Counted from the stretch's first letter, positions 13,160 through 26,269 are shown. The stretch: DNA of 64,000 nucleotides from Octopus sinensis (GCF_006345805.1 NC_042999.1:168950001-169014000), one strand, 5' to 3'. Notes: generated from the letters alone by a model not told the origin. Numbers and translations: made by a program.

Positions 13160-13842
13160 CGTGTATATATATATATATATATATATATTGTGTATATATA
13201 TATATATATAGTATATATTGTATACTCGTTTTTCAATTCACATTCATTCTTATCCCCATAAAACTTCGCTTCCTTAATTCTTCCCATCCTTAGTTCCATA
13301 TCTCATCTCGCTCGCTCGCTCGTGGACTGTGCCACCTCATTACCATTTTTGTTTCTGTCCCCGTCCCTAAACTCGCTTCCGGTTGAAGCCATCTATTTAA
13401 AAACCCTCGATTTCATGTGGTTCCTTACATATTCATTCCTCTGCCAAACGATGTCTAAAAGCCAAGATTTTTTCTCTCATTTTTCTTTCGTCCCTTTGCA
13501 CTTCATTCACCACGAATACCTAAAATGTGTTATTCACTAACAGCGAGTGTTTTTTTCATTGAAAATGTCCCCTCAAATATAATTTCAATTTTAGCCCAAT
13601 TTTGTAATTCTGTTAAGATAATTATTTGCTTCTATTCGTTTCTCCTCCTTTTTCAATTCACATTCATTCTTTTCCCCATAAAACTTCGCTTCCTTAATTC
13701 TTCTCATTCCAAGTTCCATATTTCGTCTCGCTTGCTCGCAGTGTGCCCGCCCTTTCCCACCCCCACCCCCACCAATACCGGATGCCTCTATCTTCACACC
13801 ATCTGCACTGGATATCCCTTCTCCCACCACCATTACATTTCT

Positions 13843-14240
13843 CTTTACTTGTTTCAGTCATTTGACTGCAGCCATGCTGGAGCACCGCCTTTAGTCGAGC
13901 AAATCGACCCCGGGACTTATTCTTTGTAAGCCCAGTACTTATTCTATCGGTCTCTTTTGCCGAACCGCTAAGTGACGGGGATGTAAACACACCAGCATCG
14001 GTTGTCAAGCAATGCTAGGGGGACAAATACAGAAACACAAACACACACATACATATATATATATATACATATATACGACGGGCTTCTTTCAGTTTCCGTC
14101 TACCAAATCCACTCACAAGGCATTGGTCGGCCCGGGGCTATAGCAGAAGACACTTGCCTAAGATGCCACGCAGTGGGACTGAACCCGCAACCATGTGGTT
14201 GGTTAGCAAGCTACTTACCACACAGCCACTCTTGCGCCTA
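13843..14240 (-). mobile_element. SINE family A
   Basis: Near identical to 28565, 47525 and 54261 copies. Confidence 0.88.
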
Positions 14241-14997
14241 CCTGTGTCTATTCTTGCAACCACTTCTACTCCATATATTACCTGCACTTCTCTCTCTCCT
14301 AGGACGAATGCAGCCAGCGCAGCAGCTCATCAACCCACCCACTTAATACAGTTACCTTACGTTTCATTCTGTTTAGAAATCTGTCCCTACCCCTACCACT
14401 TCCCCCTCCTCACTGGTGCCATCTTAAGTTTCTTTCTGTCTAGAAATTTGTCATCACTCCTACCAGTCATACTTTCTCCCAACTCCCTCTCCTCACTGGT
14501 GCTGTCCCCTATATTACCTGCACTATCTCTTTCTCCCTCTCTCTCTACCTGTCCCCCCCTCTCTCCTCCTATGACAAGTGCAACCAGGTTCGGCGGTACT
14601 TCGTTTCATTTTTGTTGCCTAGAAATATGCCAACAACGACCCATTTCCTTGGCCCTGGGAAGTAAATGTAAAAGCTATTCAGCTGTCCTTGCATGCTTGT
14701 TCCTGTGTGTGTTTGCGCTTGTTTCCTCTCTCCCTGTCTGAACCTTTCCCCGCTGGTGGTACCCTCCATATACCTACAATACCCCCTCTACTTGGACAAA
14801 CGTGACCAGCTTTCAGCTGACCCCCTCCCCCTGGAATATCCATATTTCTGCTACACCGCTAAAATTTACTTTATTCAATAACCATAATACTTATGCTTAC
14901 AAAACTGCAAACACTGGCTCCTACACCCAGTAGGAGCGGCAATTTAACATGCTTGAAAACTTGAATGTTGCCAGGTTGGAAGAGAGATCAACGAAAA

Positions 14998-15565
14998 ATG
15001 CCTAAAAAACGAACACAACAACCCTCTTCTTTTCAGGTGCTAAATAACATACCTCCTCCCCAAACCTCACCCACATTACCTTCCCAGTTTTCAGAGTTGG
15101 CACTCTCAATGTGGGCACACTGAAATGTTGGTCTAGTGAGATTGTAGAGATGCTTGAAAGGAGACGGGTTGATGTATGCTGCATACAAGAGATAAGCTGG
15201 AGAGGAGCTTCAGCTAGGGTCCTCACAGGCAAGGCACATAGGTATAAAGTCTTCTGGCAAGGTAACATGGATGCTGTAGGGGGTGTTGGCATACTCCTTG
15301 TGGAGAAATGGGTGGATAAGGTCACAGAGGTTGTCAGGGTATGTGATAGGGTGCTTAAGCTCAGGCTACAACAGCACAGCTACAATTATCTCCGCCTATG
15401 CCCCACATGCGGGGCTACCAAATGATCAGAAGGATCACTTTTATGATACCCTTCTGTAAGCTACCTCAAAGACGAGTGGCAATGACCTCATCTTTGTTGC
15501 TGGAGATTTTAATGGGCATGTTGGGTGGGAATCTGGTATCTTCACTGAGGTACACGATGGTCATG
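14998..15565 (+). mobile_element. RTE LINE 5' fragment (APE domain)
   Basis: Near-identical reverse complement of ~2470-3025. Confidence 0.9.
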
Positions 15566-16414
15566 TGTGTAAAAAAATTAGAAAAAAAACACTTTTTATC
15601 AATTCAAAGTGAACAATTAAATTACACCATCTAATTTTTAATATATATATTATATTGTGTGAAATTTGATTTAGTACTTCTAAATTGAATTTTTTTTCCT
15701 TGTAAGTTTTGGATTTTATTCCCTCAAATATTAATTATATATATATATATATATACACACATACATACATATACACAGATATATATATTATTTATATTAT
15801 TATTTTATTGAACATCACACATCCATTCCCAAGTAAGTTTATCTTAACCTTTTTGATGCAACTCTACTCTATACTCTTTCCCACCCCCATCCTTTACTAA
15901 TACCCTTTTTCCCCTTCTCTGTTTTCTATCTGTGTCTCTTCCCCTCTTTCTCGTTGCTCTCACGTGACCATCGTCCAGTTTTCTTTTCCTCACGTGACCA
16001 TCTGCCTTTTCCTCCAGGACGTTCTAAGGACTGGACATCTATCTCTCTCTTCTATCGTTTCTCTTTTCAAAGAAAGTATTTCTCCAGCATTCGCTATTTT
16101 ACCCTCATTCTGGTCTAACTACTCTCCATGTTTGTTTTCATTCGTTTTCCTTCTATGTCTCCACTGTCCTGTCTTTGTTCCCAACTTTGACCTTCCATAA
16201 ATCCCAAATTTTATTGTGGTATTTATAAGAGCAACTGTCTTTGAAGACTCATATTGTCATATGGGGAGTAGATAGACAGCTGACAACTGATGAAGGGTCG
16301 TTCTTTGTATTACTTGTTCTGTTTTTGATTTTTTCTCTTGTTATTTGCATATTTAACTCATTTGTTTTCATATTTCATGTTGTTTACTGTTTGTGACGTC
16401 CTGTACCTATATAT

Positions 16415-16797
16415 GTCGGTGGCTCGTAAAAGCACCATCCGTTCGTGTTCATTGCCAGCCTCGGCTGGCCCCTGTGCCGGTGACATGTAAAAGCACCGTC
16501 TGTTCGTGGCCGTTTGCCAGCTCTGTCTGGGCCCGTGTCGGTGGCACGTAAAAGCACCATCCGTTCGTGGCCGTTTGCCAGCTCTGTCTGGCACCTGTGC
16601 AGGTGGCACGTAAAAAACACCCACTACACTCGCAGAGTGGTTGGCGTTAGGAAGGGCATCCAGCCGTAGAAACACACTGCCAGATTTGACTGGGCCTGAC
16701 GAAGCCTTCCAGCTTCACAGACCCCAGTTGACCCGCCCAACCCATGCTAGCATGGAAAGCGGACGCTAAATGATGATGATGATGATGATGATGATGA
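16415..16797 (+). mobile_element. SINE family D with internal ~60-bp tandem units and (TGA)n tail
   Basis: GGTGGCACGTAAAAGCACC units; related copies at 24183, 26033, 40471 and 48475. Confidence 0.8.
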
Positions 16798-16799
16798 TT

Positions 16800-17116
16800 G
16801 TATATATATATATATATCTGCTGCTTAAAATAAAGTATATATATATATTATTATATATAATATATATATATATAAATATATGCATATATATATATTATAT
16901 ATATATAAAATATGCATATATATATATATATATATAAATATATGCATATATATATATGCATATATATATACTATATATATATATATGCATAGATATATGC
17001 ATATATATATACATATATATAATATATGCATATATATACATATATATATATATGCATATATATATACATATATATATAATGCATATATATATGCATATGC
17101 TATATATATATGTATA

Positions 17117-17159
<43 letters not shown>

Positions 17160-17190
17160 ATATATATATATATCTATATATATATATATA
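16800..17190. repeat. (TA)n/(TATATGCA) microsatellite
   Basis: Directly visible. Confidence 0.95.
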
Positions 17191-17239
17191 ACGGGAAGCT
17201 TTATGAAAATAGACAAAAGACGAAGGCAGGTGGAAAACA

Positions 17240-20150
17240 AACGAACAATTGTATTAGTATGGCGCTCAGGAAATATAAATAAAACAAGTCTTTAACGTTT
17301 CGAGCCTACGCTCTTCAACAAAGAAGATAACAGAGAGAAAAAAAACACAGAAAGAAGGAGAGAAAAAAATGCGTGCAGTAGCTAACGAATCAACATGGCG
17401 ATCTGATTTCGGCCAGAGGTCAAAGATCAAACATGAGACGCGAGAGCGAAATAAGGGGAGATAATAGGGTTGATAATATGGTTGAAGGACCAGCTAATAG
17501 TGCGTAGGATTGATAATATGGTTGAAGGACCAGCTAATAGTGCGTAGGAGGGGTCTGGACGTGTGTATGTATAGGGTTGGTGTATGTATTAGTATGTATA
17601 AGGGTGTGTGTGTGTGTGTGTGTGTATGAGAGAGTATTAGTGCATAGGATTGGTGTGGACGTGCGTATGTATGGGGTTGGTGTATGTATTAGTATGTATT
17701 AGTACGTATTAGTATGTATAAGTGTGTGTGTGTGTGTGTATGAGAGAGTATAAGTGCGTATGAGGGGTCTGGACGTGTGTATGTATAGGGTTGGTGTATG
17801 TATTAGTATGTACTAGTATGTATTAGTACGTATTAGTATGTATTAGTTGGTGTATGTATTAGTATGGCACATCATATATGATGTGATGTGTGAAGTCGTG
17901 TGGTGTAGTGAGAAGAGGGGAGGGGGAGGGGGGGAGGGGGGGAAGGGGGGAGAAGGAAGGGGAGGAGGGGGAGGAAGGAGGAAAGGAAAGAGGGAGAGGG
18001 GAGAGAGGGAGTGAGGGAGCAGAGAGAGAAGGGGAAGAGGGAAGGAGAGAAAAGGGAAGAAGGGAAGGGGAGTAGGGGTGAAAGGATGAAGGACTGAAGA
18101 AGTGGGGGTCGGGGGGAAGGATAGGTGAGTAGGGGGGAGAGGGGGGTTAGATGAGGAGGGGGGGAGAGTTGAGACCAAATGGCGTATAAGAGCGAAGAGA
18201 GAAGATAATTCCTGTTCACGGCGCAAACGGGAATCCGGATGGCCTCTGTGTAAGGACAAACCGAACACATAGTAGGTGTTGCAAGGAGTGACCGGTGGAG
18301 CGGAAATGGCGTGAGACCGGTGTGTCGTTCGCAAGGTGGATGTCACGAAGGTGTTCCGCGAACCGGTCAGCCAAGCGGCGTCCCGTTTGTCCGATGTACA
18401 AGGAATTGCAGAGAGAGCAAGAGATGCAATAGATAATATTGCTGGAGGTGCAGGTGAAGGAGTGGATGATGGGATAGGGTCGATGGTGGGTGCTAGTGAG
18501 GCGGGTGGTGTTGGAGAGGTAAGGGCAAGTGCGGCAACGGCAACGTGGGCGGGAGCAGGGGAACGAGCCGGGTTGGGAGGTAGGGTCAGGGAAGGAGCTA
18601 TGGACCAAAAGGTCTCGAAGGTGTGGGCTCGTTTGAAAGAGGGGAGGGGTCGGTTAGGGAAGAGGTGTGAAGTGGACGGGTCGGAATGGAGATGACGGAA
18701 AGCTCGAAGAATGGTGCGTTGGAGACGTAGGGTCGTGGGGTGGTAAGTGAGGGGAAAAGGGGAGGGGCGGGAGACTACAGGGCGGGTTCGGGGAGAGAGA
18801 GCAGATACACGGTCCACGGACCGTGCTCTGGCAAGGGCGGTGTGGATAGTGGTGAGGGGGTATCCACGTAGGGTGAAGTGGTGAGCCATATGTTGAGACT
18901 GAGTCTCAAAGTCATGGTCGTCACTACAGAGCCTACGTAGACGAGGAGGAATTGGGAATAGGGGATGGAAAGCTTGGTGTGTTCTGGGTGGGAGGAAGAG
19001 AAGTTGAGGTATGAGTGTGAGTCTGTGTGTTTGTAGTGAATGGAGGTGGTAATAGTGGAGTGAAGAATGCTAACCGAAATGTCGAGGAAGGAGACAGAGG
19101 TGTTGGAGATAGTGGAAGTGAAGTGGAGGGCTGGATGGAAAGATTGGACGAAAGAGAGGAAGGAATCTAGATGTTCGCGGGAGAGTGAGGTGGCACCAAT
19201 AATGTCTTCGATGTAACGACCATATAGTTCAGGAGTGGGACCAGTGAAATTAGAGAATATTTGGGCCTCAACATAGCCAACGAACAGGTTCGCATAGTTG
19301 GGGCCCATTTGCGTTCCCATGGCCACTCCCGAGACCTGATGGTAGAACTCGCCCGCGAACGAGAAGCAGTTCAGAGTAAGGACAAGTTCGGCCAGACGAA
19401 TGAGTGTGGAGGTGTCAGGTACAGGGTTAGAGCGGAGGTCAAGAAAGTGTCGAAGGGCCTGCAGTCCTTCGTGGTGAGGGATAACAGTATAGAGGCTTTG
19501 GATGTCCATAGTAAAAAGGATTTTGGAGGAGCCGGGAGGAAAGGAGAAAGAGTTGAAAAGCCGGAGAGCATGGTTGGTATCGTGGATGTGGGAGGGAAGA
19601 GATGCCACTAGGGGGGCAAGGACACGGTTGAGGTATTTAGAGATGAGCTCCGTGGGGCAGTTACAGGCGGAGACGATGGGGCAGCCAGGGTTGTTGGGTT
19701 TGTGGATTTTGGGGAGGAAGTAAATGGTGGGGGTACGTGGGGTTCGCACAATTAGGTTGGATGCGGTGCGGGGGAGACGGGAGAGCCAAGAGCTCAGCCG
19801 GGGAGATGTTGAGGCGGCGTTGGCGCCTGGAGAAGTTGAACCGCTCCAATGCACGCTGACAAGCGCCCACGAAAAGATCCACTGCTAGGATCTGGCCAGG
19901 GGCAGGCGTCCACGGGGATGGTCGGCGGCCCAGGCCAGTGAAGCAGTCCTCTTCGTTGGGTGTGGGTGGCGAGTCGTGGTAATGCGCACCCAACCGGACA
20001 TGGCGCACAAGGCTGTGGACATCAACTCGCGTCTGGAATTCCTTACAGGATGGAGTGAGGGGGATGAAACGCAGACCCCTACAAAGGGACGGAGCGTTCA
20101 GCCGCAGAGAGGGGAAGATCGGGGGGAATGGTAACAACAGACGGAAGTGG
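17240..20150 (-). mobile_element. Penelope-like retroelement (Neptune-type), frameshifted and internally deleted
   Basis: LCRGLRFIP; YFLPKIHK; TMDIQSLYT; GVAMG; RYIEDI; linker CSRPRCRCRTC; GIY-YIG NIIYCISC..YIGQTGRRL..RF.EH; HHR-like motif at ~17290-17325. Confidence 0.93.
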
Positions 20151-20654
20151 AGAAGGGGTGGGTGGAATAGAAGTAGGAGGGGTATGCATGTATATATCTT
20201 CTTTATATTACTTAATTGAATGCCACACATCCATTTCCAAGTAAATTTATATGTGTATGCATGTATGTATCATTTATGTGTGTGTGTATTTGTCTGTTTC
20301 TCCCCTACCACCATTGCTTTACAACCGACGTTGGTGTGTTTGCATCCCTGTAACTTACCTATTCAGCAGATGAGACTGATAGAATAAGCATCAGGCTTAC
20401 AGGGATAAGTCCAGGGGTCAATTTCTTTGACTAAAGGGTAGTGCGGCAGCATATCCACTGTCAAATAACTAAACGATTAATATAGTAAAAAACATTCTGT
20501 ACCACTAAACCAAGAGAGTTCTCTGAACATGTACCATGTATTTTATGGCTAAATAATAATTCTATTCACATTTGCGTAACATATTTTGGTTGGATTATAT
20601 AGTTATCAGTTTTACATTTCTTTCTATATTCTGTAACTGTTGCAATATATATAT

Positions 20655-21348
20655 TTTTCTACTATAGGCAAAGTTCTGAAATTTTGTTGGGGAAGGGGGC
20701 CAGTTGATTAGATGGACCCAGTGCGCTACTGGTACTTAATTTATTGATTCTGAAAGGATGAAAGACAAAGTCTACCTCGGCAGAATTTGAACTCAGAATA
20801 TAAAGACAAACAAAACACCATTAAGCATTTCACATGGCATGCTAATGATTCTGCTAATGATTCTGCTAATGATTCTGCTAATGATTCTGCTAATGATTCT
20901 GCTAATGATTCTGCTAATGATTCTGCTAATGATTCTGCTAATGATTCTGCTAATGATTCTGCTAATGATTCTGCTAATGATTCTGCTAATGATTCTGCTA
21001 ATGATTCTGCTAATGATTCTGCTAATGATTCTGCTAATGATTCTGCTAATGATTCTGCTAATGTTTGCTAATGATTCTGCTAATGATTCTGCTAATGATT
21101 CTGCTAATGATTCTGCTAATGATTCTGCTAATGATTCTGCTAATGATTCTGCTAATGATTCTGCTAATGATTCTGCTAATGATTCTGCTAATGATTCTGC
21201 TAATGATTCTGCTAATGATTCTGCTAATGATTCTGCTAATGATTCTGCTAATGATTCTGCTAATGATTCTGCTAATGATTCTGCTAATGATTCTGCTAAT
21301 GATTCTGCTAATGATTCTGCTAATGATTCTGCTAGCTCGCCGCCTTTA
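20655..21348 (-). mobile_element. SINE family C containing a tandem expansion
   Basis: AAGGCGGCGAGCT head; GAGTTCAAATTC B-box; same family as 52539. Confidence 0.8.
20841..21330. repeat. 12-bp minisatellite (GCTAATGATTCT) x41
   Basis: 18 perfect units, one 10-bp variant (21057-21066), then 22 perfect units. Confidence 0.97.
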
Positions 21349-21808
21349 ACTGTCACAATATAGAAACATTTCTCAAGGCACCAGCACACAATTTACAGAT
21401 GCTCACATTTTTTATGTTTTCCGTGAATTTTTCACAGGTCCACCTAGTTAATATTATTATTACTAATACAATATTTATACACATGTACACATTAAACGAT
21501 ATATGGCACACACACACACACATATATATCCATGCATGTGTGTGTGTCTGTATATATTAAAAACTAGTGTTTTTTTTTATCCAGTCACTTAGTTGTTTAA
21601 TAATTCCAAATCAATAAAATGATTACACTAGGGTCAATATGATGAACTAAACAATCTTTGAAGTTGGTGTCTTAGCATAGCTGCAGTACAGAGTCAAACC
21701 AGTAAAAGAATGTGATATACTGGATACAATCAACTAAAGAAAGATATCCTACTAAGCTTAATGAAAATAGAGAAATTATGTGAAGAGGAATTCTCTTGTA
21801 ATACTAAC

Positions 21809-21928
21809 CCCGTTCCGAGCTTTGTCTTCACTGTATTGGGTAGCTACTTCATTAAACTTCATGCCACTTTTTAATTTCTCAATGGCTTCTAAAGCCTTTG
21901 ATTGTTTTTCACACAGAATATGTCGCAC
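21809..21928 (-). CDS. PIN4: PIN4 exon 2 ([40 protein letters not shown])
   Basis: Hand translation matches the parvulin PPIase domain; TTTCAG acceptor, GTTAGT donor, phase 0/0; absent from the ORF track. Confidence 0.96.
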
Positions 21929-22336
21929 CTGAAATGACAAAAAGTAAAAACCCATAATTTTTTTTTTATATTTAGTGATATGATTTATATATTTAATTTT
22001 AATTAATGGCGAGGAATTTCACATCTTGGTAAAAGCGAATAGCCACCATTTGTAATAACAGTGGCCATGTATAAAATTGTCTTTTGAATACTAAAGTTGA
22101 TATTTGAGCTGTATGAAATAATTGTTCGTATTACAACATTACAACAAAATATTTGGCAAAAACAGTTATTTTCACTAATTCAATAAGAATTCCTGAATAT
22201 GTCTTTCCACAATGGAATATAACAATAACAGCAATACCAAAAACAAACAAAAATTCTTTTTGGCCACATTTCTTTGATGGCACTTCATAACAATAACTCA
22301 GACAGTAAGCATTATTTATTAATGTAATCTGGGGGG

Positions 22337-22620
22337 GGGGGATCAGCCTCTCCCATTAACCCTTTCCTTACAAACCTGCTCAAAAATGCTCAAGATTTTT
22401 TGGTTTACATTACCAACCTGCCCAGAAATGCCCAAGATAACCTCATATTTAAATGGGAATCTCAGCACAAATCTCATTAGTACATTAGTGAAATCATGTG
22501 ATTTCACTACATAAGCAATTGAATTACAGTGTCTGACATTACTTGATGTGATATCTGAATTTTTTGAGATTTTTTTTCCGTATTTTTTCTACATTAATTT
22601 TCTGAAATTTTTTTACCATG
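22337..22620 (+). mobile_element. piggyBac left-end remnant
   Basis: TTAACCCTTTC start; similar to 11688-11960. Confidence 0.55.
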
Positions 22621-22963
22621 TAAGAAAAAAGAACACAGTGTATACACACATTCACACTTATACATAGAGAAACAGGCAATATAAAACAAAATGAAAATAT
22701 TATAAACATTTTGAGTATCCGCCCCCTCTCTCTCCATATGTGGTTTTGGCATATATGCACACACAAAACAGATGTCTGGTGAACTGTGTCTATATTGGTT
22801 GTAGAAGGGAGAAGGTAAAATGAAGTGACAGATACAGTTAACCAGACATCCAGGAGTGTGCATTTGTGCATATACACACACGTGATTGCATGTGTGTATA
22901 TTTCAAACATGTGAAATTATTCCACATATTATTGTGTGTGTACATGTGTGTATATATATTATC

Positions 22964-23349
22964 AGTGGACGCGCAATGGCCCAGTGGTTAGGGCAGCGGA
23001 CTCGCGGTCATAGGATCGCAGTTTCGATTCCCAGACCGGGCGTTGTGAGTGTTTATTGAGCGAAAACACCTAAAGCACCACGAGGCTCCGGCAGGGGATG
23101 GTGGTGATCCCTGCTGTACTCTTTCACTACAACTTTCTCTCACTCTTACTTCCTGTTTCTGTTGTACCTGTATTTCAAAGGGCCGGCCTTGTCACTCTCT
23201 GTGTCATGCTGAATATCCCCGAGAACTACGTTAAGGGTACACGTGTCTGTGGAGTGCTCAGCCACTTACACGTTAATTTCACGAGCAGGCTGTTCCGTTG
23301 ATTCGGATCAACCGGAACCCTCATCGTCGTAACCGACGGAGTGCTTCCA
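22964..23349 (+). mobile_element. Young tRNA-derived SINE family B with TSD
   Basis: A box TGGCCCAGTGG; B box GTTTCGATTCC; flanking direct repeat TATATATTATC; near-identical copy at 53521. Confidence 0.9.
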
Positions 23350-23364
23350 TATATATTATCTATC

Positions 23365-24182
23365 CAACAGACCATATGGGCTTCATTTCTTTCAACCCTT
23401 CACATATCCTCAGTAGTCACAGCCTATGTCTCACTGCCATGTAGCATAGCTGCCTTTCACTCTGAGGGAGAGGCCCTTCATTACTAACCAAGTAGTAGCT
23501 CTCTGAACTTCACCTCACCTATTCTGATTCTAGCAGCAATGCTTTCAGAACAACCTCCCCTGCAACTAAATTGGTTACTTAAGAAACAGAAACTCTCTCT
23601 CTCTTTTACTCTTTTACTTGTTTCAGTCATTTAACTGCGGCCATGCTGGAGCACCGCCTTTAGTCAAGCAACTCGACCCCGGGACTTATTCTTTTTGTAA
23701 GCCCAGTACTTATTCTATCGGTCTCTTTTTGCCGAACCGCTAAGTGACGGGTACGTAAACACACCAGCATCGGTTGTCAAGCAATGCTAGGGGGACAAGC
23801 ACACACACATACATATATATATATACATATATACAACTGTCTACTATTTCTAAGGATTCCTCCCCACATTTGAGGGAGGCTATTTTTTGTACATTCCTGG
23901 TGCTTAATGTACATGCACATCTGCCATATGTAAAGACTACTTTTTCTGTTAGTCTTCCAGTGAAACTGCTGCATCTCTTATGTGTCCATAGCTTGTACTG
24001 AGTACTCTGTATGGAGCTTCTCACAACATCTTTTGTACATATGAAGCTGGGCCATCACCCTGAAGGGATCTGTAATTTGTCTGTTTTCCTATTTATCAAG
24101 ACTTTGGTCTTTGCTAAATTAATTCTAAGATCCTTTAATTCCAGTCCATGCTTTCATACATGAAATATCTTCTCTAGTTCTA
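23365..24182 (-). mobile_element. RTE RT fragment interrupted by a SINE A 3' part (23601-23835)
   Basis: Similar to 350-870 (LEIVDS, GLELKDLRINLAKTKV). Confidence 0.7.
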
Positions 24183-24324
24183 GCCGTTTGCCAGCTCTGT
24201 CTGGCATGTGCAGGTGGCACGTAAAAAACACCCACTACACTCGTGGAGGGTTGGCGTTAGGAAGGGCATCCAGCCATGTAGAAACACTGCCAGATCTGAC
24301 TGGGCCTGACGAAGCCTTCCAGCT

Positions 24325-24424
24325 NNNNNNNNNNNNNNNNNNNNNNNNNNNNNNNNNNNNNNNNNNNNNNNNNNNNNNNNNNNNNNNNNNNNNNNNNNNN
24401 NNNNNNNNNNNNNNNNNNNNNNNN
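24325..24424. other. Assembly gap (100 N)
   Basis: Run of N. Confidence 1.
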
Positions 24425-25810
24425 GTAGAGCAGATGCTAAAAACTATAGGCCTATCTCTCTGACTTCACACATCAGCAAAGTCATGGAAAGGATAGTCAG
24501 AAAGAAACTAATCGCATTCCTTGAGGAAAATAACTTGCTGAGTAATACCCAGCATGGTTTTCGACCAGGTAGAAGCTGCCTGACCCAGCTCTTACAGCAT
24601 TATGACTGGGTGTTGAGGCAGTTACTCAACAAATCAAATGTGGATGTAATCTACCTTGATTTTGCAAAAGCTTTTGACAAGGTGGATCATGGTATGATAT
24701 GCCACAAACTGCATGATCTCGGCATAGCTGGAAAACTTGGAGTGTGGTTGCATGACTTCCTGAAAGATAGGAGTCAGGCAGTAGTGGTTAATGGAGCCAC
24801 CTCTATGAACACACAAATAGTGAGCGGTGTTCCACAGGGCACTGTCTTGGGACCACTGCTTTTTATAGTGGCCCTCTCAGATATGCCCTCAAATGCTCGG
24901 ATAGCCACTATGGCCAGCTATGCAGGCGATACGAAAGTCTCGCAGAAAATACAGAACCCCAGCGATGTTGCACACCAGCAGCAGGAGTTGGACTCAATCT
25001 ATAGATGGGCTGAGGATAATAATATGCAGTTTAATGCTGAAAAATTCCAGGCCCTGCGCTACCAGCATCCAAAACTGAATATTAAACTTACAGGATACAC
25101 CGGTCCACAGGGAATTTCAATCCCAGAGCCTAAGTCTGTGAGGGACCTGGGTATCGACATGAGTGATGATACCTCTTTCCAAGTGCACATTACCAGGATG
25201 GCGACAAAGTGCAGACGACTGGCTGGGTAGATCCTAAGAACATTCAGAACCAGAGATAAGGAAACCATGATGGTCCTCTGGCGGACATTCGTCCTCAGTT
25301 GCCTGGATTACTGCTCACAGCTATGGTCACCCACCAGTGTAAAATTAACAGCGGACCTTAAAGCAATCCAGAGAAGATTCACAAAGAAGATCGTCTCTTT
25401 GCAACAGCTCAGCTACTGGGAAAGGTTGAAACAGCTAAGACTCTACTCCCTGGAGAGAAGACAGGAGAGGTGTGCAGTAATATATGTCTGGAAGGAATTG
25501 TGCCAAATTTTGGCATTGTAAGCTACACCAATGCTAGAACGGGATGACACTGCATAGTGCCAAAGATCCCAGCAATGCCATCACACTTCAGGACCAGCTT
25601 CTGTAACAGCCTGGGTTTCAAGGCCCACAGCTTTTTAATATTCTCCCAAAGAGTCTGAGGAACTTGCACAAAGTAGATGTAGCGGTTTTTAAATCAAAGC
25701 TGGACATCTTCCTGTCAAGAGTCCCAGATGAACCTACCTCACGGCAAGAGGTGCAAATCAGAGTAGCTATATCAAACTCCATTCTTCACCAAGTGCCACA
25801 TATTAGACGG
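24425..25810 (+). mobile_element. CR1/L2-group LINE RT and 3' region
   Basis: NYRPISLTS, QHGFR.GRSC, YLDFAKAFDKV, GVPQGTVLGP, YAGDTK (mutated YADD), LDYCSQLW. Confidence 0.9.
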
Positions 25811-26032
25811 TTAGTAAGGAGAGACACAAATAAGAAAGAAGAAAGCAAAGGACCACTGATGCGGTCACAGGAGTGTGACGAAAAAACTCTGGCCGAAATA
25901 AGATTAAGATTAATGTAAAAAATAAATAACACTGAAGCAAAGTAACACCAAATATATATTGCGTGTGTTTTTATTGGCTAAACTGGCAAAATGACCATTC
26001 CGAAATACAACAATATACATACATATATACAT

Positions 26033-26232
26033 ATCATCATCATCATCATCATTTAACGTCCGCTTTCCATGCTAGCATGGGTTGGACGGTTCAACTGGGG
26101 TCTGGGGAGCCCGAAAGCTGCACCAGTCCAGTCAGATCTGGCAGTGTTTCTACAGCTGGATGCCCTTCCTAACGCCAACCACTCCTAGAGTGTAGTGGGT
26201 GATTTTATGTGCCACCGACACAGGTGCCAGAC
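26033..26232 (-). mobile_element. SINE family D 3' part
   Basis: (TCA)n followed by TTTAACGTCCGCTTTCCATGCTAGCATGG. Confidence 0.8.
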
Positions 26233-26233
26233 G

Positions 26234-26269
<36 letters not shown>

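Noticed and set aside
20841-21330. CRISPR-like array or ANDS/LAES repeat protein
   Set aside because: No spacers; pure 12-bp tandem inside a SINE in a eukaryotic intron
22964-23040. tRNA gene (also at 53521)
   Set aside because: A and B boxes run into a shared ~300-bp body with a TSD, so it is a SINE head, not a cloverleaf gene
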